DNA of 47,719 nt from the NCBI GenBank assembly GCA_043811735.1, contig JBDRMW010000104.1:1-47719 (forward strand). The letters run 5' to 3'. Below, one piece after another: positions 8,255 through 16,996 of this stretch; the first letter of the stretch is position 1, and every line of letters starts with the position of its first letter. The notes beneath the pieces are model-generated. The model saw only the letters and a list, made by a program, of their open reading frames with translations, made no database searches and was not told where the DNA came from. Made by a program: the position numbers and the translations under genes. This stretch comes from a bacterium (GTDB lineage Bacteria; Elusimicrobiota; JBDRMW01).

Positions 8255-8276
8255 GTTTTAGCAATTCATTTCTATC

Positions 8277-8305
8277 TTGTATAGAAACGATATATTTCAT
8301 ATAAT
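8277..8305 (+). promoter_or_regulatory. Promoter of the toxin-antitoxin operon
   Basis: TTGTAT, 17-nt spacer, TATAAT. Confidence 0.55.
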
Positions 8306-8325
8306 CAAATTTGGGTGAATGCAAT

Positions 8326-8637
8326 ATGCTAAATGTGAATAATTATAAAGATAAATTAAATGCAGTTTGTAGTAAATTCAATCTAAAAAAACTCGATTTG
8401 TTTGGATCTGCTGCCACATCGAAATTCGGGCCAAATAGTGATATAGATTTTCTTGTTGAGTTTAATGACGAACATAAAGTTAATTTATTCGATAAATACT
8501 TTGACCTTAAGGATGAATTACATAATATATTTCAAAGGTCCGTTGATATTGTCATCGAACATTCTGTGCGAAACCCATTTTTTAAGAAAAGAATTAATAA
8601 AACGAGGAAGCCAATATATGACAGAAGAAATAAATAA
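8326..8637 (+). CDS. MNT (minimal nucleotidyltransferase) antitoxin
   Basis: LFGSAATSKFGPNSDIDFLV (GS-X10-DXD). Overlaps the downstream HEPN gene. Confidence 0.88.
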   Translation: MLNVNNYKDKLNAVCSKFNLKKLDLFGSAATSKFGPNSDIDFLVEFNDEHKVNLFDKYFDLKDELHNIFQRSVDIVIEHSVRNPFFKKRINKTRKPIYDRRNK

Positions 8638-8956
8638 ATATCTTTATGATATATATCAAGCTGTTAAAAATATCAAATCTTTCGTAAAAAATAAATCTTT
8701 TGAGAATTACAAGAGGAATACACTTCTTCAATCCGCTCTTGAAAGACAATTTGAAATTATCGGCGAAGCACTGAACAGGATAAAGAAAATCGATGATGCT
8801 TTTATTTCTAGCATTGATGATGCTCACAAAATAATAGGCCTGCGCAATGTTATCGCGCACGGATATGATATTATTGATCTCAAAATTATCTGGGATGCTG
8901 TAAAATACAATCTACCTAAATTAAAAAAAGAAATAACAAGATTATTGAAAAAATAG
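8618..8956 (+). CDS. HEPN (DUF86/HepT-like) RNase toxin
   Basis: Starts MTEEINKYLYDI; ERQFEIIGEA; RNVIAHGY (RX4HXY motif). Confidence 0.88.
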   Translation: MTEEINKYLYDIYQAVKNIKSFVKNKSFENYKRNTLLQSALERQFEIIGEALNRIKKIDDAFISSIDDAHKIIGLRNVIAHGYDIIDLKIIWDAVKYNLPKLKKEITRLLKK

Positions 8957-8958
8957 AT

Positions 8959-9026
8959 TTCTAACCAGGCCCAACCCGACTTTTACCCAGCTCCTTCGGG
9001 GCTCCGTAAAAGCAGTTTAGCTTTAT
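8959..9026 (+). other. Degenerate integron attC-like site
   Basis: TCTAAC just after the stop codon, CCAACCCGAC/GCAGTTTAGC L-box-like pair, inner stems TTTTAC/GTAAAA and AGCTCC-TTC-GGGGCT. The R' GTTRRRY box is missing. Confidence 0.55.
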
Positions 9027-9244
9027 GGTATATCGTTTGAAGAAACTAAAACTGTATTTTATGATCAAAATGCGTTATTAATTAATGATCCTGATCATTC
9101 TGATTATGAAGAACGGTTTATCATACTTGGGTTAAGTTATGTCTTGCGCATATTAGTTGTTTGTCATTGTTATAGGAAAAGTGATAAAAACATAAGACTT
9201 ATTGCAGCAAGAAAAGCAGAAAAAAAGAAAAAAATCAATATTAG
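9024..9244 (+). pseudogene. BrnT-family toxin fragment (5' truncated)
   Basis: Hand translation: GISFEETKTVFYDQNALLINDPDHSDYEERFIILGLSYVLRILVVCHCYRKSDKNIRLIAARKA. Confidence 0.8.
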
Positions 9245-9268
9245 AGGGATTTGTGGGATCTGGGATCT

Positions 9269-9633
9269 GGGACGTTGTTAACAAACTTGACAAACTCTTA
9301 AATAAATTACTCCCATTATTTTATGCCACGACAACCTCGAATTGACCTGCCTGGATACCTATATGATTGCAGAAAAAAATGGGCTTGATAAGACGGTGAT
9401 TTGCAGTAAAAACAGCGCTTATTAAGTTGAAAAAGCTCGTAAATTAGCGGTGTATATCGGGGTGAGAAAATCGGGGCTTACTAATTCAGCAGCAGGGCAA
9501 ACCATTAAGATGACGCCAAGCGGAATAACAATGCTTATGAAACGAGAAAAACAATTCTTTGAAAAGCTAAGAAAAAAAAGTATAAAGGAATTGGCAGGGA
9601 TATAGGGTTTGTTAAGTTTGTTAACAACGTCCC
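9269..9633 (+). mobile_element. Internally deleted RAYT/Y1-transposase-like element (MITE-like) with 27-bp terminal inverted repeats
   Basis: GGGACGTTGTTAACAAACTTGACAAAC (9269-9295) and GTTTGTTAAGTTTGTTAACAACGTCCC (9607-9633), 1 mismatch. Inside are MPRQPRIDLPGYLY (from 9323) and, out of frame, a DnaA-C-like HTH tail (KARKLAVYIGVRKSGLTNSAAGQTIKMTPSGIT). Confidence 0.72.
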
Positions 9634-9651
9634 GTTACCCCTTTAAAATAA

Positions 9652-9960
9652 ATGAAACATATATTTTCAATAATACTCTCTTTTCTTAATTTATCAGTTA
9701 TTGTTGTTTTAGCGCTCTATGCAATCCAAAATGAGTCCGGGCACACTGGATTTAACCCTTATTTATTGAATGCTCTATTTATCCCGTCTTTTTTGATCGG
9801 TTTATTTTTGTTGGGGTTAAAAAGGAAAAAAGCCGATATAAAAAAATATTACATAATTCTTATATTAATATCATTATCGGGAATACTCTTATTAATCTTT
9901 CTGGACAAAAGCAATCTGCTGCTCGAATATGAAGTGTGGATCGAAAGAGGATTATTATAG
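9652..9960 (+). CDS. Small membrane protein, about 3 TM helices, unknown function
   Basis: 102 aa with three hydrophobic stretches. Confidence 0.7.
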   Translation: MKHIFSIILSFLNLSVIVVLALYAIQNESGHTGFNPYLLNALFIPSFLIGLFLLGLKRKKADIKKYYIILILISLSGILLLIFLDKSNLLLEYEVWIERGLL

Positions 9961-10050
9961 TGTTAGTCAACATATACGCTGGTGAAAAGTTTGGCATTAA
10001 TAGTTGAATACCGTGATAAATAAATCAAAAACATAATAAGGAAATAACAA

Positions 10051-10956
10051 ATGTCAGGTTATTCAGCAGCGTCCCTGTATCGGAATATCCTGGCTCAAAA
10101 ACAGTTCCATGATATTACAGATAAGTTTATGCGCAGTAAACTTCCTTTTATTCCCATAAAAGGAATAGTTTTGCTGGATCTGCTCTATACCAATATCGGA
10201 GAACGTTATTTAAGCGACATTGATATATTAGTTAAGGCTGGTGATCTGCAGAAAATACACAGTCTTATGCATGAATTAGGATATATACCAAGCAAAGATA
10301 GTCCTTCTGAATGGATTCCTGCTGGAGATGGTCTTCCGATTGATATGCATGCTGATATATGGTACGCATCATCGAGCGAATTACAGCGATTATGGCAGAT
10401 GTCGCCTATACGAATGATTGCAGGCTTACCATGCCAGGTTATGCCTAAAGAGGAGATGATTATTCATGCTGTTGCTCATGCATTTATCCATCATGGGAAT
10501 CGGGAGGGGGATTGGGAAAAAGATGTGGTGTCCATGTTGAGCAGGTGGCAGGAATCGCTAGATCTAAAAAAACTAATTTTCTCTGCTGGTGCGTATAATT
10601 TAATAACTCCCTTTAGGGCAGCCTTTCACCAGATGCAGCCTAAATTACCCCCGGCTGTCGGTGATGCAATAGCAGTATTGCTGAAGGGAAAAGAAAAAAT
10701 ATTTGAATCCTGGTTCCTGCATAAATCATTATCATTAAAACACAATCTTAAAGGCCATATATTACGTTTTGTTTTCCAGAGAAATGTTTTATTTAAAATG
10801 GGGTTTCTCCTGAAAATGGTATTTCCAAGCCCTTATTTTATAAGGCGCAGATATAATAGATTTAGCACTATTGGGGTGATCGGCGCATATATAATGCGGC
10901 CTTTTACATGCATGGTTTATGGTTTTCGCGTGGTGAAGAAAATGGCGGGTTTTTAA
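10051..10956 (+). CDS. Uncharacterised nucleotidyltransferase (NTP_transf_5-like)
   Basis: IPIKGIVL..LY...ERYLSDIDILV..IDMH..IIHAVAHAFIH. Confidence 0.8.
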   Translation: MSGYSAASLYRNILAQKQFHDITDKFMRSKLPFIPIKGIVLLDLLYTNIGERYLSDIDILVKAGDLQKIHSLMHELGYIPSKDSPSEWIPAGDGLPIDMHADIWYASSSELQRLWQMSPIRMIAGLPCQVMPKEEMIIHAVAHAFIHHGNREGDWEKDVVSMLSRWQESLDLKKLIFSAGAYNLITPFRAAFHQMQPKLPPAVGDAIAVLLKGKEKIFESWFLHKSLSLKHNLKGHILRFVFQRNVLFKMGFLLKMVFPSPYFIRRRYNRFSTIGVIGAYIMRPFTCMVYGFRVVKKMAGF

Positions 10957-11762
10957 AAATGTCCGAGGCTGCCTTTTTCCCTGGTTTTGTTAAATGCTTT
11001 TCTGAACACCGTACATCCTCCATATAAACTGAGTAACCCCGCTGCGGTTAATACAATTATAGGCAATACAGAATCTCTGTATGAATCAGTTAAAACCGCT
11101 TTCCGTGCTATAGAAAGTATATGAGTGGTTGGAATAAAAAATGATATTGATTTGATCCACCCGGGGAAAAGAGTTACGGGAAAAAATACTCCTCCTAAAA
11201 TATCCGATATATTAACAAGCACCCATTGAATGGGATCGCCTTTTTTATACACCAGAATAAAGCTTCCAGCCATAAGGCCTAATCCAAAATAAACCAGTAT
11301 TGATATGCATGCAAGCATAACTAAAAACAGTATTTTTACGAGGCTTAACTTGATCTCTAAAAAAATAAAACCTATAGTTAATACCCCCATACATTCTGCA
11401 AGAATAAACAATAGTTTGCCCGAGGCAGCGCCGGCAAGTATCTGCTCAAGGCGGACGGGGAGGGAAAATATCTGTTCAATCGTACCGTAGCTTGTTTCTT
11501 CCCGTATAAAATTACTGCAGAATGATAATCCAAATGAAAAAATCGGGGAAAAGGCAAGCCCGATAAGCACAAAAGGAAAATAGGATCCTCCGGAAACATC
11601 TAAGAAGCCGTGAGGATCAGCGTTGATAAGTTTTCCGATGAAGTAAAAAAGAATTAATTGCAGAAGTATGCCTAATATGCGGAGAATATTGTCAAATCGG
11701 TATGATTTTTGGATTAAGATATCTTTTGTAATAAATGGCAGTAACAGGTGTATATTATACAT
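10953..11762 (-). CDS. ABC-2 type transporter permease
   Basis: About six TM segments; EETSYGTIEQIFSLP; GGVFFPVTLFPGWI..FIPTTH. Confidence 0.85.
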   Translation of the reverse strand: MYNIHLLLPFITKDILIQKSYRFDNILRILGILLQLILFYFIGKLINADPHGFLDVSGGSYFPFVLIGLAFSPIFSFGLSFCSNFIREETSYGTIEQIFSLPVRLEQILAGAASGKLLFILAECMGVLTIGFIFLEIKLSLVKILFLVMLACISILVYFGLGLMAGSFILVYKKGDPIQWVLVNISDILGGVFFPVTLFPGWIKSISFFIPTTHILSIARKAVLTDSYRDSVLPIIVLTAAGLLSLYGGCTVFRKAFNKTREKGSLGHF

Positions 11763-12489
11763 GCGTAACCGTTACATCTTTAACGGCCTCTGACAGGCCG
11801 CCTTTATTTGTTTTTTTGATGAGATTTTGAATGGTATCTGCATACATTAATCTTCCTGATTGCAGAATAAGTATTTTATTAAAAAAATCGGATTGCCCGG
11901 ATATGCTGTGAGATGAAAAAATAAGTATTTTATGCGTATATGTCCGGTGTATATATTGCACGAGCGATTCCTGCATGCCGGCATCAATAAAACTATTCCA
12001 TTCATCAATCAATAAGATTTCCGGATCAGTAATTAATCCTTTTATCAGGCAGGCTCTTTTTTTAATGCCATGTGAACAGTTTTGGAACGGCATAGCACCA
12101 AATGACTCAATGCCAAAAACTGATATAAATTCATTTATTTTATCGTTTCTGCGCTTTTTATCAATAATATAAGGATGCGTAAAAAACTCAAGGTTATCCC
12201 GCAGGGATAAGCGCGGGTACATGCCGTTAATATCGCTTTTAATAAAGCTGATTTTTTTTCTGAGCGCGATCTCATAATAATCAAGCAGTTGATTGCCGTA
12301 CCGGCTTTCTCCGTGGTCGGGAATGAGCAGCCCGCATATTGATTTAAAGAGCGTTGTTTTTCCTGATCCGTTAGGCCCGTATAACAGCATCTTGTCGCCC
12401 GGGAATACCGTAAAACTTACCTTATCCAGCGCGGTTATGGCAGAACCATTTGAAATAAACGTTTTTGATAGTTCGGCAATGCGTAACAT
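11755..12489 (-). CDS. ABC transporter ATP-binding protein
   Basis: Walker A GPNGSGKTT, divergent signature CSHGIKKR, Walker B ILLIDE, H-loop SSH. Confidence 0.88.
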   Translation of the reverse strand: MLRIAELSKTFISNGSAITALDKVSFTVFPGDKMLLYGPNGSGKTTLFKSICGLLIPDHGESRYGNQLLDYYEIALRKKISFIKSDINGMYPRLSLRDNLEFFTHPYIIDKKRRNDKINEFISVFGIESFGAMPFQNCSHGIKKRACLIKGLITDPEILLIDEWNSFIDAGMQESLVQYIHRTYTHKILIFSSHSISGQSDFFNKILILQSGRLMYADTIQNLIKKTNKGGLSEAVKDVTVTHV

Positions 12490-12666
12490 AGATGCAAAAT
12501 TCTTTCAAGTATTTTTTAAAAAATATTCTAACAGATAAGATTTTACAATAATTTGCGCATATTTCATATAGTTTTCATTTATTTACTTGCATATAATCTT
12601 TTAGTAAAATAATATTGACATTTAAATAAAGAGATCTCTTAAAAAAGACTCTCTGAAGAAGAAAAT

Positions 12667-12713
12667 CCCCCTCACCTAAATCCTCTCTCCGAGGGAAGAG
12701 GGACGGGTGAGGG
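12667..12713. repeat. REP/BoxC-like palindromic element
   Basis: CCCTCACC-TAAAT-CCTCTCTCC...GGAAGAGGG-AC-GGGTGAGGG, a pyrimidine/purine hairpin. Confidence 0.55.
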
Positions 12714-12730
12714 AGCTCCCATGCATTAAT

Positions 12731-14218
12731 ATGACGCGTGATAATAAATTGATTCCAAAAATAGCTGTTTTTTTCCTTATCGCATATGGATGCGGTTTTT
12801 TGTGTATGCATGCAGTTGGCGCACCTGATTATAAAAAGAAGCAGATTAAAGTTTTTTATGAAGGAGATGAATTACGTAAAAAAACCTATATTTTTATTGA
12901 TAATGGCTTCCCGTATATCCCGGTAAAAGATGTTGCTCATATTTACCGTATGACCCTTGATTGGAAAAGAATGTCTCAGGAAATCGTCATGAGTATTCAC
13001 AGCTCAGCGGTTGTCTTACAGATTGGCAGTGCCAAAGTAATAATCAATGATATTCCCCGGCAGATGAACAGGGAAATGATTAAAATCAACAACAAAGTCT
13101 GCGTACCGCTTGAATTATTATTGGCACAGTCTTTTGAAGATGCTTCCCGGTCGATATCAAACTGGAATAATGAGACGTTTATGTTAACGGTTGATAAGAA
13201 AGTAAATGTGCAGCCTCCGCATTTTTACTCTGATACGGACATGACGCGTATTGAGATTGAGTATGATCCCTATGTCATATGTAAAGATTATATCAAGGGA
13301 AACCGCATAACCCTTTCGTTTGATTATGGTATTTCCGGAGAAGATGAGAAATTCTTTGTTGATGATGGGATTGTGAAAAATATTAATATGAAGCAAAAGA
13401 ACCGGAAAGTGATTGTTGATATCAATCTAGATGCTTCTGCGGGAAACGCACGCACGTCCTACACGGCCTATCCTCATAAGGTTACCATAGAAGTGCCCGG
13501 GAAAGGTGATAAAGCACCAGCGCGGCCGGTAAGATATGATGGGACAAAGAAGATTATTGTTATTGATCCGGGCCATGGGGGAAAAGATCCCGGTGCCATA
13601 GGACGCAACGGCACTAAAGAAAAAGATTTAAATTTAAAACTTGCATTAAAACTGGAAAAAATATTAAAAAATAAAGGGAATTTTACCGTTATTTTAACCC
13701 GGGACACGGATGTGTTTATCCCCTTATTGAAACGGGCGCAGATCGCAAACAGTAACAAAGCTGATCTTTTTGTCTCTATACACTGCAATGCTTCGTTAAA
13801 AAAAGAAAGCGAAGGATTTGAAATTTATTTTCTTTCCGGGCAGGCAACCGATAAAGCAGCTGAAGCAACGGCCAGGTTAGAAAACTCCGCATTGCAGTTG
13901 GAAGCTGACTCAATGGTGAAAAAAAAAGGTGTAGAAAAGATGTTATGGTCCATCGCCAAAAATATGTTTCATGTGGAATCAGCCGATGTATGCTCTTCGG
14001 TCTTGAAACAAGTGCAAAAAAGAGTTAAGATAAAAAATCGCTCCGCAAAACAGGCACAGTTTTACGTGCTTATGAATGCTCAGATGCCGTCAGTCCTAAT
14101 TGAAACAGGATTTGTCTCCAATAAGGATGAAGAAGCAAAACTTAAGAGCGGGCGGTTTCAGTCAAAGATTGTTGATGCGTATTATGCAGGAATTGTAGAT
14201 TACTTTAATAATAAATAG
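12731..14218 (+). CDS. N-acetylmuramoyl-L-alanine amidase (Amidase_3)
   Basis: IVIDPGHGGKDPGA..EKDLNL..LFVSIHCNA..PSVLIETGFVSN, with an N-terminal signal/TM segment. Confidence 0.92.
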   Translation: MTRDNKLIPKIAVFFLIAYGCGFLCMHAVGAPDYKKKQIKVFYEGDELRKKTYIFIDNGFPYIPVKDVAHIYRMTLDWKRMSQEIVMSIHSSAVVLQIGSAKVIINDIPRQMNREMIKINNKVCVPLELLLAQSFEDASRSISNWNNETFMLTVDKKVNVQPPHFYSDTDMTRIEIEYDPYVICKDYIKGNRITLSFDYGISGEDEKFFVDDGIVKNINMKQKNRKVIVDINLDASAGNARTSYTAYPHKVTIEVPGKGDKAPARPVRYDGTKKIIVIDPGHGGKDPGAIGRNGTKEKDLNLKLALKLEKILKNKGNFTVILTRDTDVFIPLLKRAQIANSNKADLFVSIHCNASLKKESEGFEIYFLSGQATDKAAEATARLENSALQLEADSMVKKKGVEKMLWSIAKNMFHVESADVCSSVLKQVQKRVKIKNRSAKQAQFYVLMNAQMPSVLIETGFVSNKDEEAKLKSGRFQSKIVDAYYAGIVDYFNNK

Positions 14219-14265
14219 CATATAGCGTATATTAAGAAATTTTAATGACAAGGAAAATTAATCTT

Positions 14266-15096
14266 ATGAAAAATGTAAATAATCGGCCGATCGGTATTTT
14301 TGATTCAGGTATTGGCGGGTTAACCGTGTTGAGGGAGATAGAAAAACTGCTGCCCGGGGAAGATCTTATCTATTTTGGCGATACCGCACGGGTGCCGTAT
14401 GGGACGAAATCAGCAGATACGGTTATACGGTATTCTCTGCAGATTGCCGAGTTTTTAAAAACAAAAAAAATAAAAATGTTAGTCGTTGGGTGCAACACGG
14501 CTTCTGCCTATGCGATTACCAAACTTCAGCAGAAATTATCATTTCCGGTGAGCGGCGTGATTGTGGCAGGTGTCAAAGCAGCGCTGGCGCATACCAGAAA
14601 CGGCAACATTGCAGTTATCGGAACGGAAGGCACCATAGGAAGCGGTTCGTACAAGAAAATATTGATGAATAAGAAATCATATGCTCAATATACGGGTAAA
14701 AAAATATCATATATCGGGAAAGCATGTCCCTTATTTGTGCCCCTGGTTGAAGAAGGATGGCTTAACGGGCATATTACGGAAGATATTGCCCGCACCTATT
14801 TAAAAACCATAAGATCATCCGGCTGCGATACGATTATCTTAGGATGCACGCATTATCCATTACTCAAAAAAGTTATTAACAAAGTATTGGGGAAGAACAT
14901 ATCTATTGTTGATTCAGCCGAGGAAACCGCAGGTAATGTGTTTAATATTCTGCATGCTAAATCTATGGTTAACCCTCAAAAAAATAAAGGGAAGCGTATG
15001 TTTTACGTCAGTGATTCTCCGGATAAATTCTGCCGGATCGGGCAATTGTTTTTAAAAAAGAAGATAGAGCAAATATCGTTAGTAAGATTAGATTAG
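14266..15096 (+). CDS. murI: Glutamate racemase
   Basis: IGIFDSGIGGLTV, GCNTAS, LGCTHYP. Confidence 0.96.
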   Translation: MKNVNNRPIGIFDSGIGGLTVLREIEKLLPGEDLIYFGDTARVPYGTKSADTVIRYSLQIAEFLKTKKIKMLVVGCNTASAYAITKLQQKLSFPVSGVIVAGVKAALAHTRNGNIAVIGTEGTIGSGSYKKILMNKKSYAQYTGKKISYIGKACPLFVPLVEEGWLNGHITEDIARTYLKTIRSSGCDTIILGCTHYPLLKKVINKVLGKNISIVDSAEETAGNVFNILHAKSMVNPQKNKGKRMFYVSDSPDKFCRIGQLFLKKKIEQISLVRLD

Positions 15097-15125
15097 TTTT
15101 TTTAAGGTTTTGACTTTGTTTTGAG

Positions 15126-15181
15126 TTTGTAATTTGTGATTTGGAATTTGTTTAGAGTTTAGGATTCAGAATTTAGAGTTT
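15126..15181. repeat. Degenerate heptamer array homologous to 17083-17138
   Basis: TTTGTAATTTGTGATTTGGAATTTGTTTAGAGTTTAGGATTCAGAATTTAGAGTTT. Confidence 0.7.
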
Positions 15182-15192
15182 GGTTTAATGAT

Positions 15193-15564
15193 ATGTATAG
15201 AATAGGTATTGAAAGTAAGTTCTCAGGTGCCCACCGGTTGCGGCGGTATAGGGGAAGCTGTGAACGCCTGCATGGGCATAATTGGAATGTGCGCGTCGAA
15301 CTTGAATCTGATCGGGTCGGCAAAGACGGGCTCGTGATGGATTTTAGGATATTAAAGAAAAAGGTTAAAGCTGTTTTAAAGCAGATGGATCATAATTATT
15401 TGAATTCTCTCGCCATATTTAAAAAACAAGAGCCGACGGCTGAAAACATTGCGTGCAAAATATTTAAAGATATTAAGAAAAAAATTGCTAAAGATACGGC
15501 ACACGTAAAATCTGTCCGTGTGCATGAATCAAATGACAGCTGGGCAGAGTATACTGGATCCTAG
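15193..15564 (+). CDS. queD: 6-carboxytetrahydropterin synthase
   Basis: FSGAHRL..CERLHGHNW..MDF..DHNYLN..PTAENIA. Confidence 0.95.
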   Translation: MYRIGIESKFSGAHRLRRYRGSCERLHGHNWNVRVELESDRVGKDGLVMDFRILKKKVKAVLKQMDHNYLNSLAIFKKQEPTAENIACKIFKDIKKKIAKDTAHVKSVRVHESNDSWAEYTGS

Positions 15565-15603
15565 ATACCAGACATCAGATACTAGATACTAGATACTTGA
15601 TAA
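15562..15603. repeat. Heptamer repeat (T/C)AGATAC, about six copies, starting at the queD stop codon
   Basis: TAGATAC CAGACAT CAGATAC TAGATAC TAGATAC TTGATAA. Confidence 0.85.
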
Positions 15604-15649
15604 CGTCAAGGATTCAGGTAAAACAAACTTCAATGGCAAAGGCAACGGC

Positions 15650-16303
15650 ATGAGTTATAAAAAAAAAGCTATTGTGTTATTATCCGGCGGGTTAGATTCA
15701 GGCACTCTGCTGTATTGGGCAAAGCAGAAATTTACGTGTACGGCAATAACATTTGATTACGGACAGAAACATAAAAAAGAAATAACCTATGCTAAAAAAA
15801 TAGCACATAAAGCAGGTTGTCCGTGGATGCAAATTAAACTTTATCTTCCAGTTTTAAAAAGCAGTTTAACTGATGCGCGGTTTACCATTCCAAGGGGGGA
15901 CTCCCGCAGAGCAGGGAAAAAAAAGATTCCCTCTACGTATGTTCCCGGGAGAAATACGATTTTTTTAAGTTATGCGGTTTCTTTGGCTGAATCCTGGGGA
16001 TGCACTGACGTGTGCATCGGAGCTAATGCGGTTGATTATTCAGGTTATCCTGACTGCAGGCCTGATTATATTAAAGCCATGCAGTATGCGGCATGCCTGG
16101 GGACTAAAACAGGGAGAGAGGGAAATCCCATTCACATTAGTGCGCCGCTTATTCGTAAAACCAAAGCAGAAATAATTACATTAGGCAGACGTTTACATGT
16201 TCCTTTTGACCTGACCTGGTCATGTTACCGCGGAGGGGAAAAACCCTGCGGAAAATGCGATGCCTGTATTTTGCGTGAAAAAGGATTTAAAGAGGCTGGA
16301 TGA
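15650..16303 (+). CDS. queC: 7-cyano-7-deazaguanine synthase
   Basis: LLSGGLDS, TYVPGRN, YPDCR, TWSCY..PCGKCDAC. Confidence 0.96.
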   Translation: MSYKKKAIVLLSGGLDSGTLLYWAKQKFTCTAITFDYGQKHKKEITYAKKIAHKAGCPWMQIKLYLPVLKSSLTDARFTIPRGDSRRAGKKKIPSTYVPGRNTIFLSYAVSLAESWGCTDVCIGANAVDYSGYPDCRPDYIKAMQYAACLGTKTGREGNPIHISAPLIRKTKAEIITLGRRLHVPFDLTWSCYRGGEKPCGKCDACILREKGFKEAG

Positions 16304-16989
16304 AAGCAAAAATTGTTGAGATATTTTCCTCGCTGCAGGGGGAAGGAATAAAACTGGGTGAACGGCAGATTTTTGTGCGGTTTGCGGGATGTAATCTGCA
16401 ATGCGGATACTGCGATACGCCGGCAAGCAGAGAATCTGTTCATGCACGGGAAATGAGCATAGCAGAAGTTATGCTTAAGATAGATCTGTTAAATAAGCAG
16501 CGTCCGCATAAGACGGTTTCCTTAACCGGAGGAGAACCCCTGCTTCAGGGGGAGTTTTTAAAATCCTTGCTTCCGCTTTTAAAAAAATCAGGATATGAGA
16601 TTTATATTGAAACAAACGGGACTAAACCGGAAATCCTGCGGCAGATTTTATCAATGGTAGATACGGTTTCAATGGATATAAAATGTTCGTCTGACTGCGG
16701 CCATGATTTATGGGATATCCACCGTGAGTTTTTAGAAGTTGGATTAGGAAAAATATTTGTTAAAATCGTTTTAACCTCACAGACCACTAATGATGAGATT
16801 ATCCAGGCAGTGCATTTAGTTGCTGATATTGATAAACATATCCCTTTTGTGCTGCAGCCGGTAACGGTTATGCCGGGGATTGAAGCTGCGTCAAGAGATA
16901 ATATTCTTTCATGGCGGCAGATTGCCATGAAGCAGCTTTCTGATACGCGGCTTATTTCGCAGAAACATCCGGAATGGAAAATACACTAA
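16300..16989 (+). CDS. queE: 7-carboxy-7-deazaguanine synthase (radical SAM)
   Basis: EIFSSLQGEG..FVRFAGCNLQCGYCDT..TGGEPL..IETNG. Confidence 0.94.
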   Translation: MKAKIVEIFSSLQGEGIKLGERQIFVRFAGCNLQCGYCDTPASRESVHAREMSIAEVMLKIDLLNKQRPHKTVSLTGGEPLLQGEFLKSLLPLLKKSGYEIYIETNGTKPEILRQILSMVDTVSMDIKCSSDCGHDLWDIHREFLEVGLGKIFVKIVLTSQTTNDEIIQAVHLVADIDKHIPFVLQPVTVMPGIEAASRDNILSWRQIAMKQLSDTRLISQKHPEWKIH

Positions 16990-16996
16990 TATAATG

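Noticed and set aside
8453-8617. Long N-terminal extension of the HEPN ORF
   Set aside because: It overlaps the MNT gene; the HEPN domain starts at ATG 8618.
9961-9970. GTTAGTC after the membrane-protein gene as an attC R' box
   Set aside because: It does not fit GTTRRRY and there is no upstream R''/L palindrome.
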